Assembly (NCBI GenBank): GCA_041650635.1
Contig: JBAZKV010000008.1
Coordinates: 2,253-66,252 of the forward strand
Origin: Candidatus Margulisiibacteriota bacterium
GTDB lineage: Bacteria > Margulisbacteria > WOR-1 > JAKLHX01 > JBAZKV01
DNA length: 64,000 nt
Direction of reading: 5' to 3'
The position numbers and the translations under genes were made by a program. This document shows, in pieces, positions 41,063 to 49,766 of this stretch (its first letter is position 1; the number at the start of each line of letters is the position of its first letter). The notes beneath the pieces were generated by a model. The model was not told where the DNA came from, did no database searches, and saw only the letters and a program-made list of their open reading frames with translations.

Positions 41063-41502
41063 CAGGGGAACTTGCCATAACGCTTCAGTTGATACTGTCA
41101 GCGGTCCTCGGGGGTGTTATCGGGTTTTTCAGGGAAAGGGACAAAAAAGCCGCGGGATTGCGAACTCACATACTTGTCTGCATGGGCTCTACCCTGCTGA
41201 TGCTGATAGCGGTCCATCTTGCCTCCATATATCCGGGTTCCGATGTAGGCAGGATCGCAGGACAGGTTATAGTGGGCATAGGATTTCTCGGAGCGGGTAC
41301 GATACTGGTGGACAGGGAAAAAGCTTCGGTCATGGGACTGACCACAGCGGCTTCCATATGGGTATCCGCGGCCATCGGCCTTGCGGTCGGCTGCGGCTTC
41401 TACTACGCGGCCCTCATCTCGACACTGATAGTTCTTCTTGTAATCGAGGTCCTGCGCAAGATGGAGAAGAGGTTTATTAGGACGGATAAAGAAGAGTCCT
41501 GA
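41059..41502 (+). CDS. MgtC/SapB family membrane protein
   Basis: [35 protein letters not shown]. Confidence 0.92.
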   Translation: MTGELAITLQLILSAVLGGVIGFFRERDKKAAGLRTHILVCMGSTLLMLIAVHLASIYPGSDVGRIAGQVIVGIGFLGAGTILVDREKASVMGLTTAASIWVSAAIGLAVGCGFYYAALISTLIVLLVIEVLRKMEKRFIRTDKEES

Positions 41503-41626
41503 TCCCTTTTCCCGCGCATCATAAGACGGCTTCTTCAACTTAGAATCCTTTTTTCTTTCACTGGCGCCGAAATTGCTGTATACCCCTTTGTGAGGCAAAA
41601 ATGGCTGGATAAAGGAGGTAATAGGC

Positions 41627-42211
41627 GTGGAACATGTTGAGGAATCCCACAGCAAGGCCTTAGTCCCAACGGAAGTCATTGAAAACAAGATCTTCGTGAT
41701 CAGAGGTCTAAAAGTAATGATAGACAAGGATCTGGCTGTCCTATACGGCGTAACCACTAAACGGCTAAATGAGCAGGTAAAAAGAAATATCAAAAGGTTT
41801 CCTCCGGATTTTATGTTAAAACTATCAAAAATCGAAGCTGAGATCGTTCTTGGCATACAAAATCCTTCAAGGTCGCAATTTGCGACCTTAAAGAATGGAG
41901 GTAGAACTCCTCTTAAGAGAGGTCAACATATAAAACATCTTCCCTATGTCTTCACAGAACAGGGGATTGCTATGTTATCCGGGATCCTCAACAGCGACCG
42001 GGCCATTATTGTAAACATCGCCATTATGAGGGCTTTTGTCAAACTGAACTGGATGATCTCAAGAAACAAAGAGCTTGAGCGCAAATTTAACGAACTTGAA
42101 CACAAGGTCGAGCGCCATGATGTCGACATCATGAACATATTCAACGCCATCCGGCAGCTCATGAAAGAAGAGGAAAAACCTAAAGGAAAGATCGGATTTG
42201 CCAGGGATTGA
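41627..42211 (+). CDS. ORF6N-domain protein
   Basis: IRGLKVMIDKDLAVLYGV, EQVKRNIKRFP, RSQFATL, PYVFTEQGIAMLS, IMRAFV. Confidence 0.9.
   Translation: MEHVEESHSKALVPTEVIENKIFVIRGLKVMIDKDLAVLYGVTTKRLNEQVKRNIKRFPPDFMLKLSKIEAEIVLGIQNPSRSQFATLKNGGRTPLKRGQHIKHLPYVFTEQGIAMLSGILNSDRAIIVNIAIMRAFVKLNWMISRNKELERKFNELEHKVERHDVDIMNIFNAIRQLMKEEEKPKGKIGFARD
41866..41916. repeat. Internal palindrome and adjacent 24-nt hairpin in the ORF6N gene
   Basis: AAGGTCGCAA-T-TTGCGACCTT (41869-41889), then AAGA-AT-GGAG-GTAGAA-CTCC-TCTT. Confidence 0.65.
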
Positions 42212-42222
42212 AGGGCCGAGAA

Positions 42223-42270
42223 AGAGCAGGAGAGCACAGAGAGCAGGAGAGCGCGGAGAGCAAGAGTAGG
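42223..42270 (+). repeat. AGAGCAGG-like tandem repeats upstream of the four-helix-bundle gene
   Basis: About 6 imperfect 6-9-nt units running into the AGGAGG RBS. Confidence 0.85.
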
Positions 42271-42279
42271 AGGTGAGAA

Positions 42280-42624
42280 ATGTCTAATTATAGAAAGCTT
42301 ATTGTTTGGCAAAAAGCGGACAAGCTCGCTACCCTTATATATGAGGCTACAAAATGTTTTCCAAAACATGAACTATTTGGGATAACTTCTCAACTTAGAA
42401 GATCTGCTTTGTCGGTTCCAACTAATATAGTAGAGGGCTATAGCAGAAAGAGCAGAAAGGAATTTAAACGCTTTATTGATATAGCACTTGCCTCACTTTG
42501 CGAATCCGAATATTTGCTGTATTTTTGCAAAAATATTGGTTATTTACATCAAGACACATCAAACATTGATAATCTGCTCACAGAAACGGACCGACTGTTA
42601 TGGAGTTTCTATTTAAACCTGTAA
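42280..42624 (+). CDS. Four helix bundle protein (23S rRNA IVS-protein/Avd-like family)
   Basis: YRKLIVWQKA, FPKHELFGITSQLRRSALSVPTNIVEG, EFKRFIDIA. Confidence 0.93.
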   Translation: MSNYRKLIVWQKADKLATLIYEATKCFPKHELFGITSQLRRSALSVPTNIVEGYSRKSRKEFKRFIDIALASLCESEYLLYFCKNIGYLHQDTSNIDNLLTETDRLLWSFYLNL

Positions 42625-42627
42625 GAA

Positions 42628-42730
42628 AGAGCGAGAGAGCAAGAGAGCAGAAGAGCAAGAGGGAAAATCCAATGTATAAAGGATTCTCATCCCGCTCCTG
42701 CTCTCCCATACTCCTGCCCTCCTGCTCTCC
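42628..42730. repeat. Direct AGAGCNAG octamers followed by complementary CTCCTGCTCTC tracts
   Basis: Purine tract 42628-42662; pyrimidine tract 42694-42730. Confidence 0.85.
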
Positions 42731-42749
42731 TATGTTATAATTACTTATC

Positions 42750-43427
42750 ATGTTCCACGATTGGACATTGCTGTTCCTGCTGCCGGCCATGATACTGGCG
42801 TTCTACGCCCAGTATAAGGTCAGCTCCACCTTTGCAAAGTATTCCAAGATCATGTCGGGCTCGGGTCTTTCCGGACAGCAATTTGCAAAGAACCTGCTTG
42901 ACAGAAACAGCCTGGGAAATGTCCTGGTAAAACAAACGCAGGGACATCTTTCTGATAACTATGACCCCAGGGACAAGACCCTTAACCTGTCAACCTCGGT
43001 TTACGGAGGCTCTTCCGTTGCCGCCCTGGGAGTGGTAGCCCACGAAGTAGGCCATGCAGTCCAGGATTCAAAAGCCTATTTCCCGTTAAAGCTGCGCTCG
43101 GCCCTGGTCCCTGTATCAAGCCTCGGCTCGCAACTTTCTATACCGCTGTTCTTTGTCGGCCTGATCTTTGCCATCGGCCCTCTGATGGATGCAGGCATAA
43201 TTTTTTTCTCGCTGGCGGTCGCTTTTACCGTTATTACCCTGCCGGTCGAGTTCAATGCCAGCAAAAGGGCGTATGCCATGATGACGGAAAGCGGCTATCT
43301 GTCCATGGAAGAAGCAGGCCAGGCAAAAAAGGTGCTTAATGCGGCCGCTCTCACCTATGTTGCCGCAACAGCAATGTCCGTGGCTCAGCTTTTGAGGCTG
43401 CTTATCCTGCGCGATTCAAGGAGATGA
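42750..43427 (+). CDS. Putative neutral zinc metallopeptidase (YugP-like)
   Basis: LSDNYDP, VAHEVGHAVQ, TLPVEFNAS, AAALTYVAA. Confidence 0.92.
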   Translation: MFHDWTLLFLLPAMILAFYAQYKVSSTFAKYSKIMSGSGLSGQQFAKNLLDRNSLGNVLVKQTQGHLSDNYDPRDKTLNLSTSVYGGSSVAALGVVAHEVGHAVQDSKAYFPLKLRSALVPVSSLGSQLSIPLFFVGLIFAIGPLMDAGIIFFSLAVAFTVITLPVEFNASKRAYAMMTESGYLSMEEAGQAKKVLNAAALTYVAATAMSVAQLLRLLILRDSRR

Positions 43428-44380
43428 ACGACACGATCCTGCTCTTTGGCCCCACCGCCTCCGGCAAAACAGACCTTTCGATAGAACTTGCACAGCAGAT
43501 CAACGGCGAAATAATCTCGGCCGATTCCATGCAGGTCTACCGTTATATGGACATCGGCACCGCCAAACCAACAAAAGAACAAAGAAAAAAGATCCCTCAT
43601 CATCTTATAGATATTGTTGATCCGGATGAAGAATGGACAGTATCTGATTTTATTCAGAGGTCTAACCGTTTTATCCGGGAGATCAGAGAAAAAGGAAAAA
43701 CTCCTATGATCGTTGGCGGTACAGGACTTTATCTGAATGCCTTTATAAACGGTTATTCCTTCCCTATCGCGGCAAAGAATGAAAAGATAAGAGAAAGATT
43801 ATCAAAAATGGGAACGGCGGACCTGTATAAAAAACTGCAGGATGTAGACGCCGACGCGGCAAAAAAGATCGATAAGAACGATAAAAAACGCATCATCCGG
43901 GCCCTTGAGGTGTATGAACAGACTGGGATGCCGATATCCAGGTTACAGCGCAATAATGTAGGGGCCGGTCGCGACAGGCCCTTACGGTTGATATGCCTCG
44001 ACCTTGATCGCACAATATTATACGACCGCATCAACCTCCGTGTGGACAAGATGATAACGGACGGATTGATCGATGAGGTCAAATCTTTATTATCTAAATA
44101 CGGCAAAGTAAGGGCGAATGATAATTCGCCCCTGCCTTCCCTGCAGGCACTGGGGTATAAAGAGACCATCGGATACCTTGAAGGAAAATACGGACTTGAT
44201 GAAATGACCGGGCTCATCAAACAAAAAACACGCAATTTTGCAAAAAGACAGCTGACCTGGTTCAAAAGGTTCGAGAATGTTACCTGGATAGATGCGCCAC
44301 ACACTCAATATGAGCAGTGTGCGGGAACATATCCACCGGCTGGATCTTTACTGTCTTGTATTTTCCGGAAAACAGCTTAA
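43424..44380 (+). CDS. miaA: tRNA dimethylallyltransferase
   Basis: GPTASGKT, SADSMQVY, DIGTAKP, VGGTGLY, NFAKRQLTWF. Confidence 0.96.
   Translation: MNDTILLFGPTASGKTDLSIELAQQINGEIISADSMQVYRYMDIGTAKPTKEQRKKIPHHLIDIVDPDEEWTVSDFIQRSNRFIREIREKGKTPMIVGGTGLYLNAFINGYSFPIAAKNEKIRERLSKMGTADLYKKLQDVDADAAKKIDKNDKKRIIRALEVYEQTGMPISRLQRNNVGAGRDRPLRLICLDLDRTILYDRINLRVDKMITDGLIDEVKSLLSKYGKVRANDNSPLPSLQALGYKETIGYLEGKYGLDEMTGLIKQKTRNFAKRQLTWFKRFENVTWIDAPHTQYEQCAGTYPPAGSLLSCIFRKTA
43958..43985. repeat. 28-nt GTAG-type REP inside miaA (VGAGRDRPL)
   Basis: GTAGGGGCCGGTCGCGACAGGCCCTTAC hairpin. Confidence 0.85.
44108..44135. repeat. Second 28-nt REP inside miaA (VRANDNSPL)
   Basis: GTAA-GGGCGAAT-GATA-ATTCGCCC-CTGC. 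Confidence 0.85.
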
Positions 44381-45695
44381 GGTCCCTTGCCAGGGTGGCA
44401 GGATCGCACGAAACATAAATAATCCTTGAGGGTTTAAGTTTAATTACAGATCCTATGACCCCCTGTGAGCACCCCGATCTTGGCGGATCCAGCACAACGA
44501 CATCAAATTTGGCATCGGTGTCCAAGAACTGCCTGATAATAACCTCTGAAGTCCCGCATTTAAAGAATGCGTTCTTTATGCCGTTTACCCCGGCATTTTC
44601 TTTTGCATCATCAATGGCATAATTATTTTCTTCAACGCCCCAGACCTCCTTGGCTTTTTTGGCCAGCCAAAGAGATATTGAACCGGTACCGCAATAGAGG
44701 TCAAGAACTGCTTCTTTACCCGAAAGAGAGGCAAAGTCTTCAACAACAGAATACAATTTGAGCGTTTGAACGGGATTGATCTGAAAAAATGACTTGGCAG
44801 AGATCTTGAACTCTAAAGGCCCGAGTTTTTCCTTTATCTTTTCCTGCCCCCACAATGGCTTTGTCTTTTCGCCAAGGATGACATTGGTGGACCGGCGGTT
44901 TTCATTCACCACAACACCTTTAAGGCCAAACTCCTTTTCCTCCTGCTCAATACTTTTTGTTAATGCGCTTACCAGATTTCTTGACCCTGGGATATTTATT
45001 TCTTTAGCCACAAGGCACAGGATGGCTTCTTTGGATGTAAACCCCACCCTTGCCAGGACATGCCTTATCAAACCACTGCCCCTGTCTTCGTCATAAACAG
45101 GAATATTGAAGTCGCTTATCAGCTTTTTAACAGCATTGGAAATCTTATTCAAAAAAGGATGCAGAACAAGACAATTATCAATATCAACTATCTCATGCGT
45201 TCCTTTCTTAAAATACCCCATTGCCACCATCAGCTGTTTGGAATTTGTAATTTGTGATTTGTTTAGGATTTTGGATTTAGGATTTAGGATTTTCCTGACA
45301 GGGTACTGCACTTTATTCCTGTACCCCCAGGGATCTTCCATGCCTACGACGGGCCTCACCACTTCCGGAGAGATCCCTCCGATCTTTTTCATTGTGTCTT
45401 TAACTATCTGTTCCTTTAATTTTAACTGTGCGCTGTATTCTATGTGCTGCATGTCGCAAGCCCCGCACTTTTCAAAATACTTGCACGGCGGCTGCACGCG
45501 GGACGGTGAAGCGGTAAGGATCTTATGTATCTTTGCGCGGCAATAATGTGATTTTGCTTCAGCTATCCTTATCTCGAGTTCGTCTCCGGGAACACCGTTA
45601 TCGACAAATACCGTCATCCCGTCTATGCGGGCTATCCCCTGACCTCCTGCGGCCAGAGTCTCTATTTTTGCTTTAACTATCTGTCCCTGTTGCAT
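44280..45695 (-). CDS. rlmD: 23S rRNA (uracil-5)-methyltransferase RlmD
   Basis: TRAM domain, C..FEKCGAC, SFFQIN, DLYCGTG, DPPRSG, YVSCDPATLARD, DMFPHT. Confidence 0.94.
   Translation of the reverse strand: MQQGQIVKAKIETLAAGGQGIARIDGMTVFVDNGVPGDELEIRIAEAKSHYCRAKIHKILTASPSRVQPPCKYFEKCGACDMQHIEYSAQLKLKEQIVKDTMKKIGGISPEVVRPVVGMEDPWGYRNKVQYPVRKILNPKSKILNKSQITNSKQLMVAMGYFKKGTHEIVDIDNCLVLHPFLNKISNAVKKLISDFNIPVYDEDRGSGLIRHVLARVGFTSKEAILCLVAKEINIPGSRNLVSALTKSIEQEEKEFGLKGVVVNENRRSTNVILGEKTKPLWGQEKIKEKLGPLEFKISAKSFFQINPVQTLKLYSVVEDFASLSGKEAVLDLYCGTGSISLWLAKKAKEVWGVEENNYAIDDAKENAGVNGIKNAFFKCGTSEVIIRQFLDTDAKFDVVVLDPPRSGCSQGVIGSVIKLKPSRIIYVSCDPATLARDLKLFSGKYKTVKIQPVDMFPHTAHIECVAHLSR
45237..45289. repeat. 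Heptamer tract inside rlmD
   Basis: TTTGGAA TTTGTAA TTTGTGA TTTG TTTAGGA TTTTGGA TTTAGGA TTTAGGA; encodes ILNPKSKILNKSQITNSK. Confidence 0.88.
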
Positions 45696-45750
45696 TGTAA
45701 ATCTCTACACATTGAATTCAAAACTTATTCTATGATAGCATAGCCGTATA

Positions 45751-46434
45751 ATGGATATCGGCAAGAGAATAGACCTGCATACCCACTCTCTTTTAAGCGA
45801 TGGGGCGCTTCTTCCAAGCGAGGCAATGAGGTATGCCTCAACTATGGGGTTTGCAGCAATGGCAATTACGGACCATGTGGACTATTCAAATATTGAATCC
45901 GTTATCGAAAAACTCCTCTTGTTTTCGGAAAAACAGGGCAAATACCTTGATGTTGTCTTTGTCCCGGGTGTAGAGATAACCCATGCCGACCCAAGGCAGA
46001 TACCTGAACTCGCATCCGAGGCCAGAAAAATGGGAGCAAAGATCGTTGTCTGCCACGGCGAAACAGTGGCCGAACCGGTGATAAAAGGCACCAATAATGC
46101 TGCAGTATCAACAAAAGGGCTCGTGGACATTCTTGCTCATCCCGGAAAGATAACCGAAGAGGATGCGCTCCTGGCAAAAGAGAATGGAATCTATCTAGAA
46201 ATAACCTCGAGAAAACTTCACAACGCGACAAACAGGCATGTTGTTTCAATCGCAAAAAAGACTGGGGCAAAACTGCTGGTGAATACGGATTCTCACCTGC
46301 CGGAAAACTACATAACCCAGGAACAGGCGTACAAACTTGCCAAAAGTTGCGGGCTCAGGGAAGAAGAGGCAAAGCTGGTCGTTAATGACAACCCCAGAGA
46401 ACTGCTTGAAAAGCTCGGCTTTAGAATTCCTTAA
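45751..46434 (+). CDS. PHP-family phosphoesterase (histidinol-phosphatase-like)
   Basis: DLHTHS, ITDH, GVEITH, HGET, LAHPG, NTDSH. Confidence 0.88.
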   Translation: MDIGKRIDLHTHSLLSDGALLPSEAMRYASTMGFAAMAITDHVDYSNIESVIEKLLLFSEKQGKYLDVVFVPGVEITHADPRQIPELASEARKMGAKIVVCHGETVAEPVIKGTNNAAVSTKGLVDILAHPGKITEEDALLAKENGIYLEITSRKLHNATNRHVVSIAKKTGAKLLVNTDSHLPENYITQEQAYKLAKSCGLREEEAKLVVNDNPRELLEKLGFRIP

Positions 46435-47605
46435 AGCGGATATTGACCGATTCCCCGTGAGCTTTTAATCCTTCTATAGAAGAGAACCTGATCAGGTCCT
46501 TTCTTACCCTTGAAAGAGCCGGCTTTGTATAACCTATAACGCTCTGATACTTGACAAAATCCCACACACCTAGAGGGGAAGAGAATCTTGCCGTGCCGTC
46601 CGTCGGAAGCACATGGTTGGGACCTGCCAGATAGTCCCCCACCGCCACGGGAGAGTACGGGCCCATAAATACCGCTCCCGCATTGGTTATCTTTCCCAAA
46701 AGTGCGTGCGGGACCGACACCAGAAGCTCCAAATGCTCCGGCGCGATCTCATTTGAAAGCCGCGCGGCCTCGTCCAGATCATTTGCTTTATAAAATTTGC
46801 ACTGTCCCGACTTTTTCAATTTTTTCATCTGGGCTTTTGCATCGCGCAGAATATCATCGGAGGTGCTGATAAGGACGGCTTTTGAGTTAGGATCGTGCTC
46901 CGCCTGGGCGGCCATGTCGGAAGAGATGAACCTTATGTCTGCGCTTTCGTCCGCTATTATTACAACATCGCTGGGCCCGGCCAGTTTGTCTATGCCTACT
47001 TCTCCAAAAAGCATTTTCTTGGCTAGCGTCACATAAATATTCCCCGGCCCCACTATCTTATCCACTTTTTTTATGGTCCTGGTCCCTATGGCAAGGGCGG
47101 CAACTGCCTGAGCCCCTCCCATTTTGTATATTTCCGAAATGCCGGCCTCTTTTGCAGCTGCCAGTATGTACGGGTTCACCTTCTTATTCTTCCCGCAGGG
47201 AACGGCGATGACTATCCTTTTTACCCCGGCTATCTTAGCGGGAATGGCGTTCATTAGTACAGAAGAAGGATAAACCGCTCTGCCGGAGGGCACATACAGC
47301 CCCACTGACTCTATAGGAATTATTCTGAATCCCAGCACCACATCATCCGGCAGAGTGTCAAACCATTCGCTCTGTTTTTGTTTTTCGTGATAGGCCCTGA
47401 TATTTCTGGCGGCAAGGCGTATTGTCGAGACAAATTCGCTGCCCACAAATGAGAACGCCTCTTCTATTTCCTGCGGGGCTACGCGCAGCTCCTGTGCCGA
47501 GATCTTGATATTCTCAAATTTCTCGGCATATTTGATTATCGCGGCATCACCGGTCTTGCGCACATCAGCGATTATTCTCTTTACTATTGCTTCTTCTTTA
47601 TTCAT
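46421..47605 (-). CDS. hisD: Histidinol dehydrogenase
   Basis: GLYVPSG, GGAQAVAALA, GPGNIYV, AGPSD, QAEHDP, APEHL, GDYLAGPNHVLPT. Confidence 0.95.
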   Translation of the reverse strand: MNKEEAIVKRIIADVRKTGDAAIIKYAEKFENIKISAQELRVAPQEIEEAFSFVGSEFVSTIRLAARNIRAYHEKQKQSEWFDTLPDDVVLGFRIIPIESVGLYVPSGRAVYPSSVLMNAIPAKIAGVKRIVIAVPCGKNKKVNPYILAAAKEAGISEIYKMGGAQAVAALAIGTRTIKKVDKIVGPGNIYVTLAKKMLFGEVGIDKLAGPSDVVIIADESADIRFISSDMAAQAEHDPNSKAVLISTSDDILRDAKAQMKKLKKSGQCKFYKANDLDEAARLSNEIAPEHLELLVSVPHALLGKITNAGAVFMGPYSPVAVGDYLAGPNHVLPTDGTARFSSPLGVWDFVKYQSVIGYTKPALSRVRKDLIRFSSIEGLKAHGESVNIRFKEF

Positions 47606-47639
47606 TGTACGGGCAAATTCACCAATTGCCCTTACCCTT

Positions 47640-48707
47640 CTACGCCAACTTCGACCCCTTCTTTACGATCGAATAATCCGCCAGTACCACGCCCTCTCCT
47701 ATTTCCGCAAAATCCTCGATTATGCAGTTCTCTCCGATTATGCAGTCATGCAGTTTGACATCCTTGCCAATTAAAGAATTCCTTAAAATGACCGAATCCT
47801 CTATTGTTGCCCCCTCGCTTATCCTGACAGCGTCCCCTATAGTTGAATGAGGATTTATCCTTGCATTTGCCGCTATCCTGGTGTGCGGGCCGACTATGGA
47901 CGGCCCCCTGAGTTTGGCCGAAGGACTGATATTTGCTCCTTCGCAGATCCAGACCTCGTTCTGGTTCTTTTTTCCGTCAAAGGAGACTTTGACCTCGCCT
48001 CTCAAAATATCCCTGTGGGCCTCAAGATATTTTTTAGGGCTCCCTATATCAAGCCAGTACGAGTCGAAAGAGATCCCGTAAACCGGCTTGCCCTCTTCGA
48101 GCAATCTTGGATATAAGTCTCTTTCAAATGAGTATTTTATCCCCTTTCCAAAAGAGGCAAAGATAGAAGGGTCTAGGACATATATACCGGCATTTATCAT
48201 GTTGCCGGACACGCTTACGCTGTTCCAGCCCGGTTTTTCTATGAATTTTTTTACCCTGCCTTTCTCATCGGTTATTACCAGCCCAAAAGGCGTTGGGTCC
48301 TCCACCCTGGTCAGGGCAATAGTGGCCACTGCCTTATTCTTTTTATGAAAACTGATGAGCCTCGAAATGTCCGCATCGGTAAGGACATCCCCGTTAAAAG
48401 CAACCATCGGTTCGCTGTCAAAGAATTCTTCGGCATTCTTTACCGCTCCGGCAGTGCCCAGAGGAGATCCTTCTATTGAATAGTAGATCTTTACCCCGAG
48501 CCTGCTTCCGTCCCCGAGAAATTCCTCTATGCTGTCGGACAAATAATGCAGATTGACGATTATTTCTTTGATGCCATGCTTCTTAAGAAGTTCTATCTGA
48601 TGGATGACAAAAGGCTTGTTAACCATAGGGACTATCGGCTTTGGCCTGTTGTAGGTAAGAGGCCGCAGCCTTGTGCCCAGTCCGCCCGCTATTATTATGG
48701 CCTTCAT
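47640..48707 (-). CDS. Sugar-phosphate nucleotidyltransferase (mannose-1-P guanylyltransferase-like) with hexapeptide repeats
   Basis: AGGLGTRLRPLT, PLGTAGA, NGDVL, EKP, WLDIG. Confidence 0.9.
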   Translation of the reverse strand: MKAIIIAGGLGTRLRPLTYNRPKPIVPMVNKPFVIHQIELLKKHGIKEIIVNLHYLSDSIEEFLGDGSRLGVKIYYSIEGSPLGTAGAVKNAEEFFDSEPMVAFNGDVLTDADISRLISFHKKNKAVATIALTRVEDPTPFGLVITDEKGRVKKFIEKPGWNSVSVSGNMINAGIYVLDPSIFASFGKGIKYSFERDLYPRLLEEGKPVYGISFDSYWLDIGSPKKYLEAHRDILRGEVKVSFDGKKNQNEVWICEGANISPSAKLRGPSIVGPHTRIAANARINPHSTIGDAVRISEGATIEDSVILRNSLIGKDVKLHDCIIGENCIIEDFAEIGEGVVLADYSIVKKGSKLA

Positions 48708-49765
48708 TTTTTTGCCAGCGCCTTTTTTAGGTCCTCTATGGCATCAACAGGGGTCGGATCTGTCCCGCCCAGCAGGGCAAGATAAACACTGACATAATCC
48801 CCTAAATGAATAAGAGACAGGATCTTTTCTAGTTTTGATGAGCCTTGCGCCCAGACCTCTTCAACGGGGCTTGCCCCTTTTTCCAGAAGGCCTTTTGTTA
48901 TTTCAAATCTTAATTTGACCCTTTTGTTGTCCGACGCATCCCTCAAGAAAAGCGCATGGAAACCGCATTTTTTGTTGCTCTTTAGCCCCAGGTTGACCAG
49001 TTCGTTATGGTTAAGCTCCGGGAACACGTTCTGGAGAGCCGTCATCTTGCTGTTTTCACTTAGCTGTGTCTTCCATCTGTATGCCGCCGATTCTGTTCCC
49101 ATAAAGGAACCAAAAACAAGAGGTATCCTGTCCTTAAGCAGCAGCGCAAGCTTTTTTGCCGGGTTCTTGTAAGAAGGGTTCCCCATACGGTATTTGAGCT
49201 GGGTCCTTTTTAGAAGGGTGGCAGCCCTTTGGGACTCACGCACCAGTCCTTTAAAGCCTGCTCCATCCAGAATGTGCAGCATCGGGACCAGCATGTAAGG
49301 AAGCGCGGATCTAGGAGGCAGTCCTGCCGGAATGGCTAAAGTGCTGAGCTTTTTCGACTTTGAGATACCGCTAATGCGGCCTCCGGAAGTGACAGTAACA
49401 ATGCGGCATTTTTTTGAAACGGCTTCATTAAGCACAGAAAGGGTCTCTTCCGTATTGCCCGAGTAGCTTAGGATAAAAACCAGGGTGTTCTTGCCGGCGC
49501 TTTTGGGAAGGCTGTATCCTCTAACCACCTGCACAGGGCAAGAGAACCTGTCAAAAAAGATGGTTTTAATGATGTCCCCTGCCATGGCGGAGCCGCCCAT
49601 ACCCGCTATTATTACTTCGTCAAATCCGCCTTTTAGCCTGATGCCGCTGGAATCGCTTATAAAAAGAGCGTCTTCCATCATGTATGGGAAGCTGTCCACA
49701 AGGCACATCATATCGCTCTTGTCTATCTTGAACACTTTTTCCGGATCATCGAGTATTGTTTTCAT
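48704..49765 (-). CDS. Bifunctional phosphoglucose/phosphomannose isomerase (SIS fold)
   Basis: GMGGSAMAG, SYSGNTEET, PPRSA, WKTQLSENSK, PELNHNE. Confidence 0.9.
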   Translation of the reverse strand: MKTILDDPEKVFKIDKSDMMCLVDSFPYMMEDALFISDSSGIRLKGGFDEVIIAGMGGSAMAGDIIKTIFFDRFSCPVQVVRGYSLPKSAGKNTLVFILSYSGNTEETLSVLNEAVSKKCRIVTVTSGGRISGISKSKKLSTLAIPAGLPPRSALPYMLVPMLHILDGAGFKGLVRESQRAATLLKRTQLKYRMGNPSYKNPAKKLALLLKDRIPLVFGSFMGTESAAYRWKTQLSENSKMTALQNVFPELNHNELVNLGLKSNKKCGFHALFLRDASDNKRVKLRFEITKGLLEKGASPVEEVWAQGSSKLEKILSLIHLGDYVSVYLALLGGTDPTPVDAIEDLKKALAKK

Positions 49766-49766
49766 G

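Noticed and set aside
42280-42624. Diversity-generating retroelement (Avd)
   Set aside because: No reverse transcriptase and no TR/VR pair with adenine-specific differences in the window.
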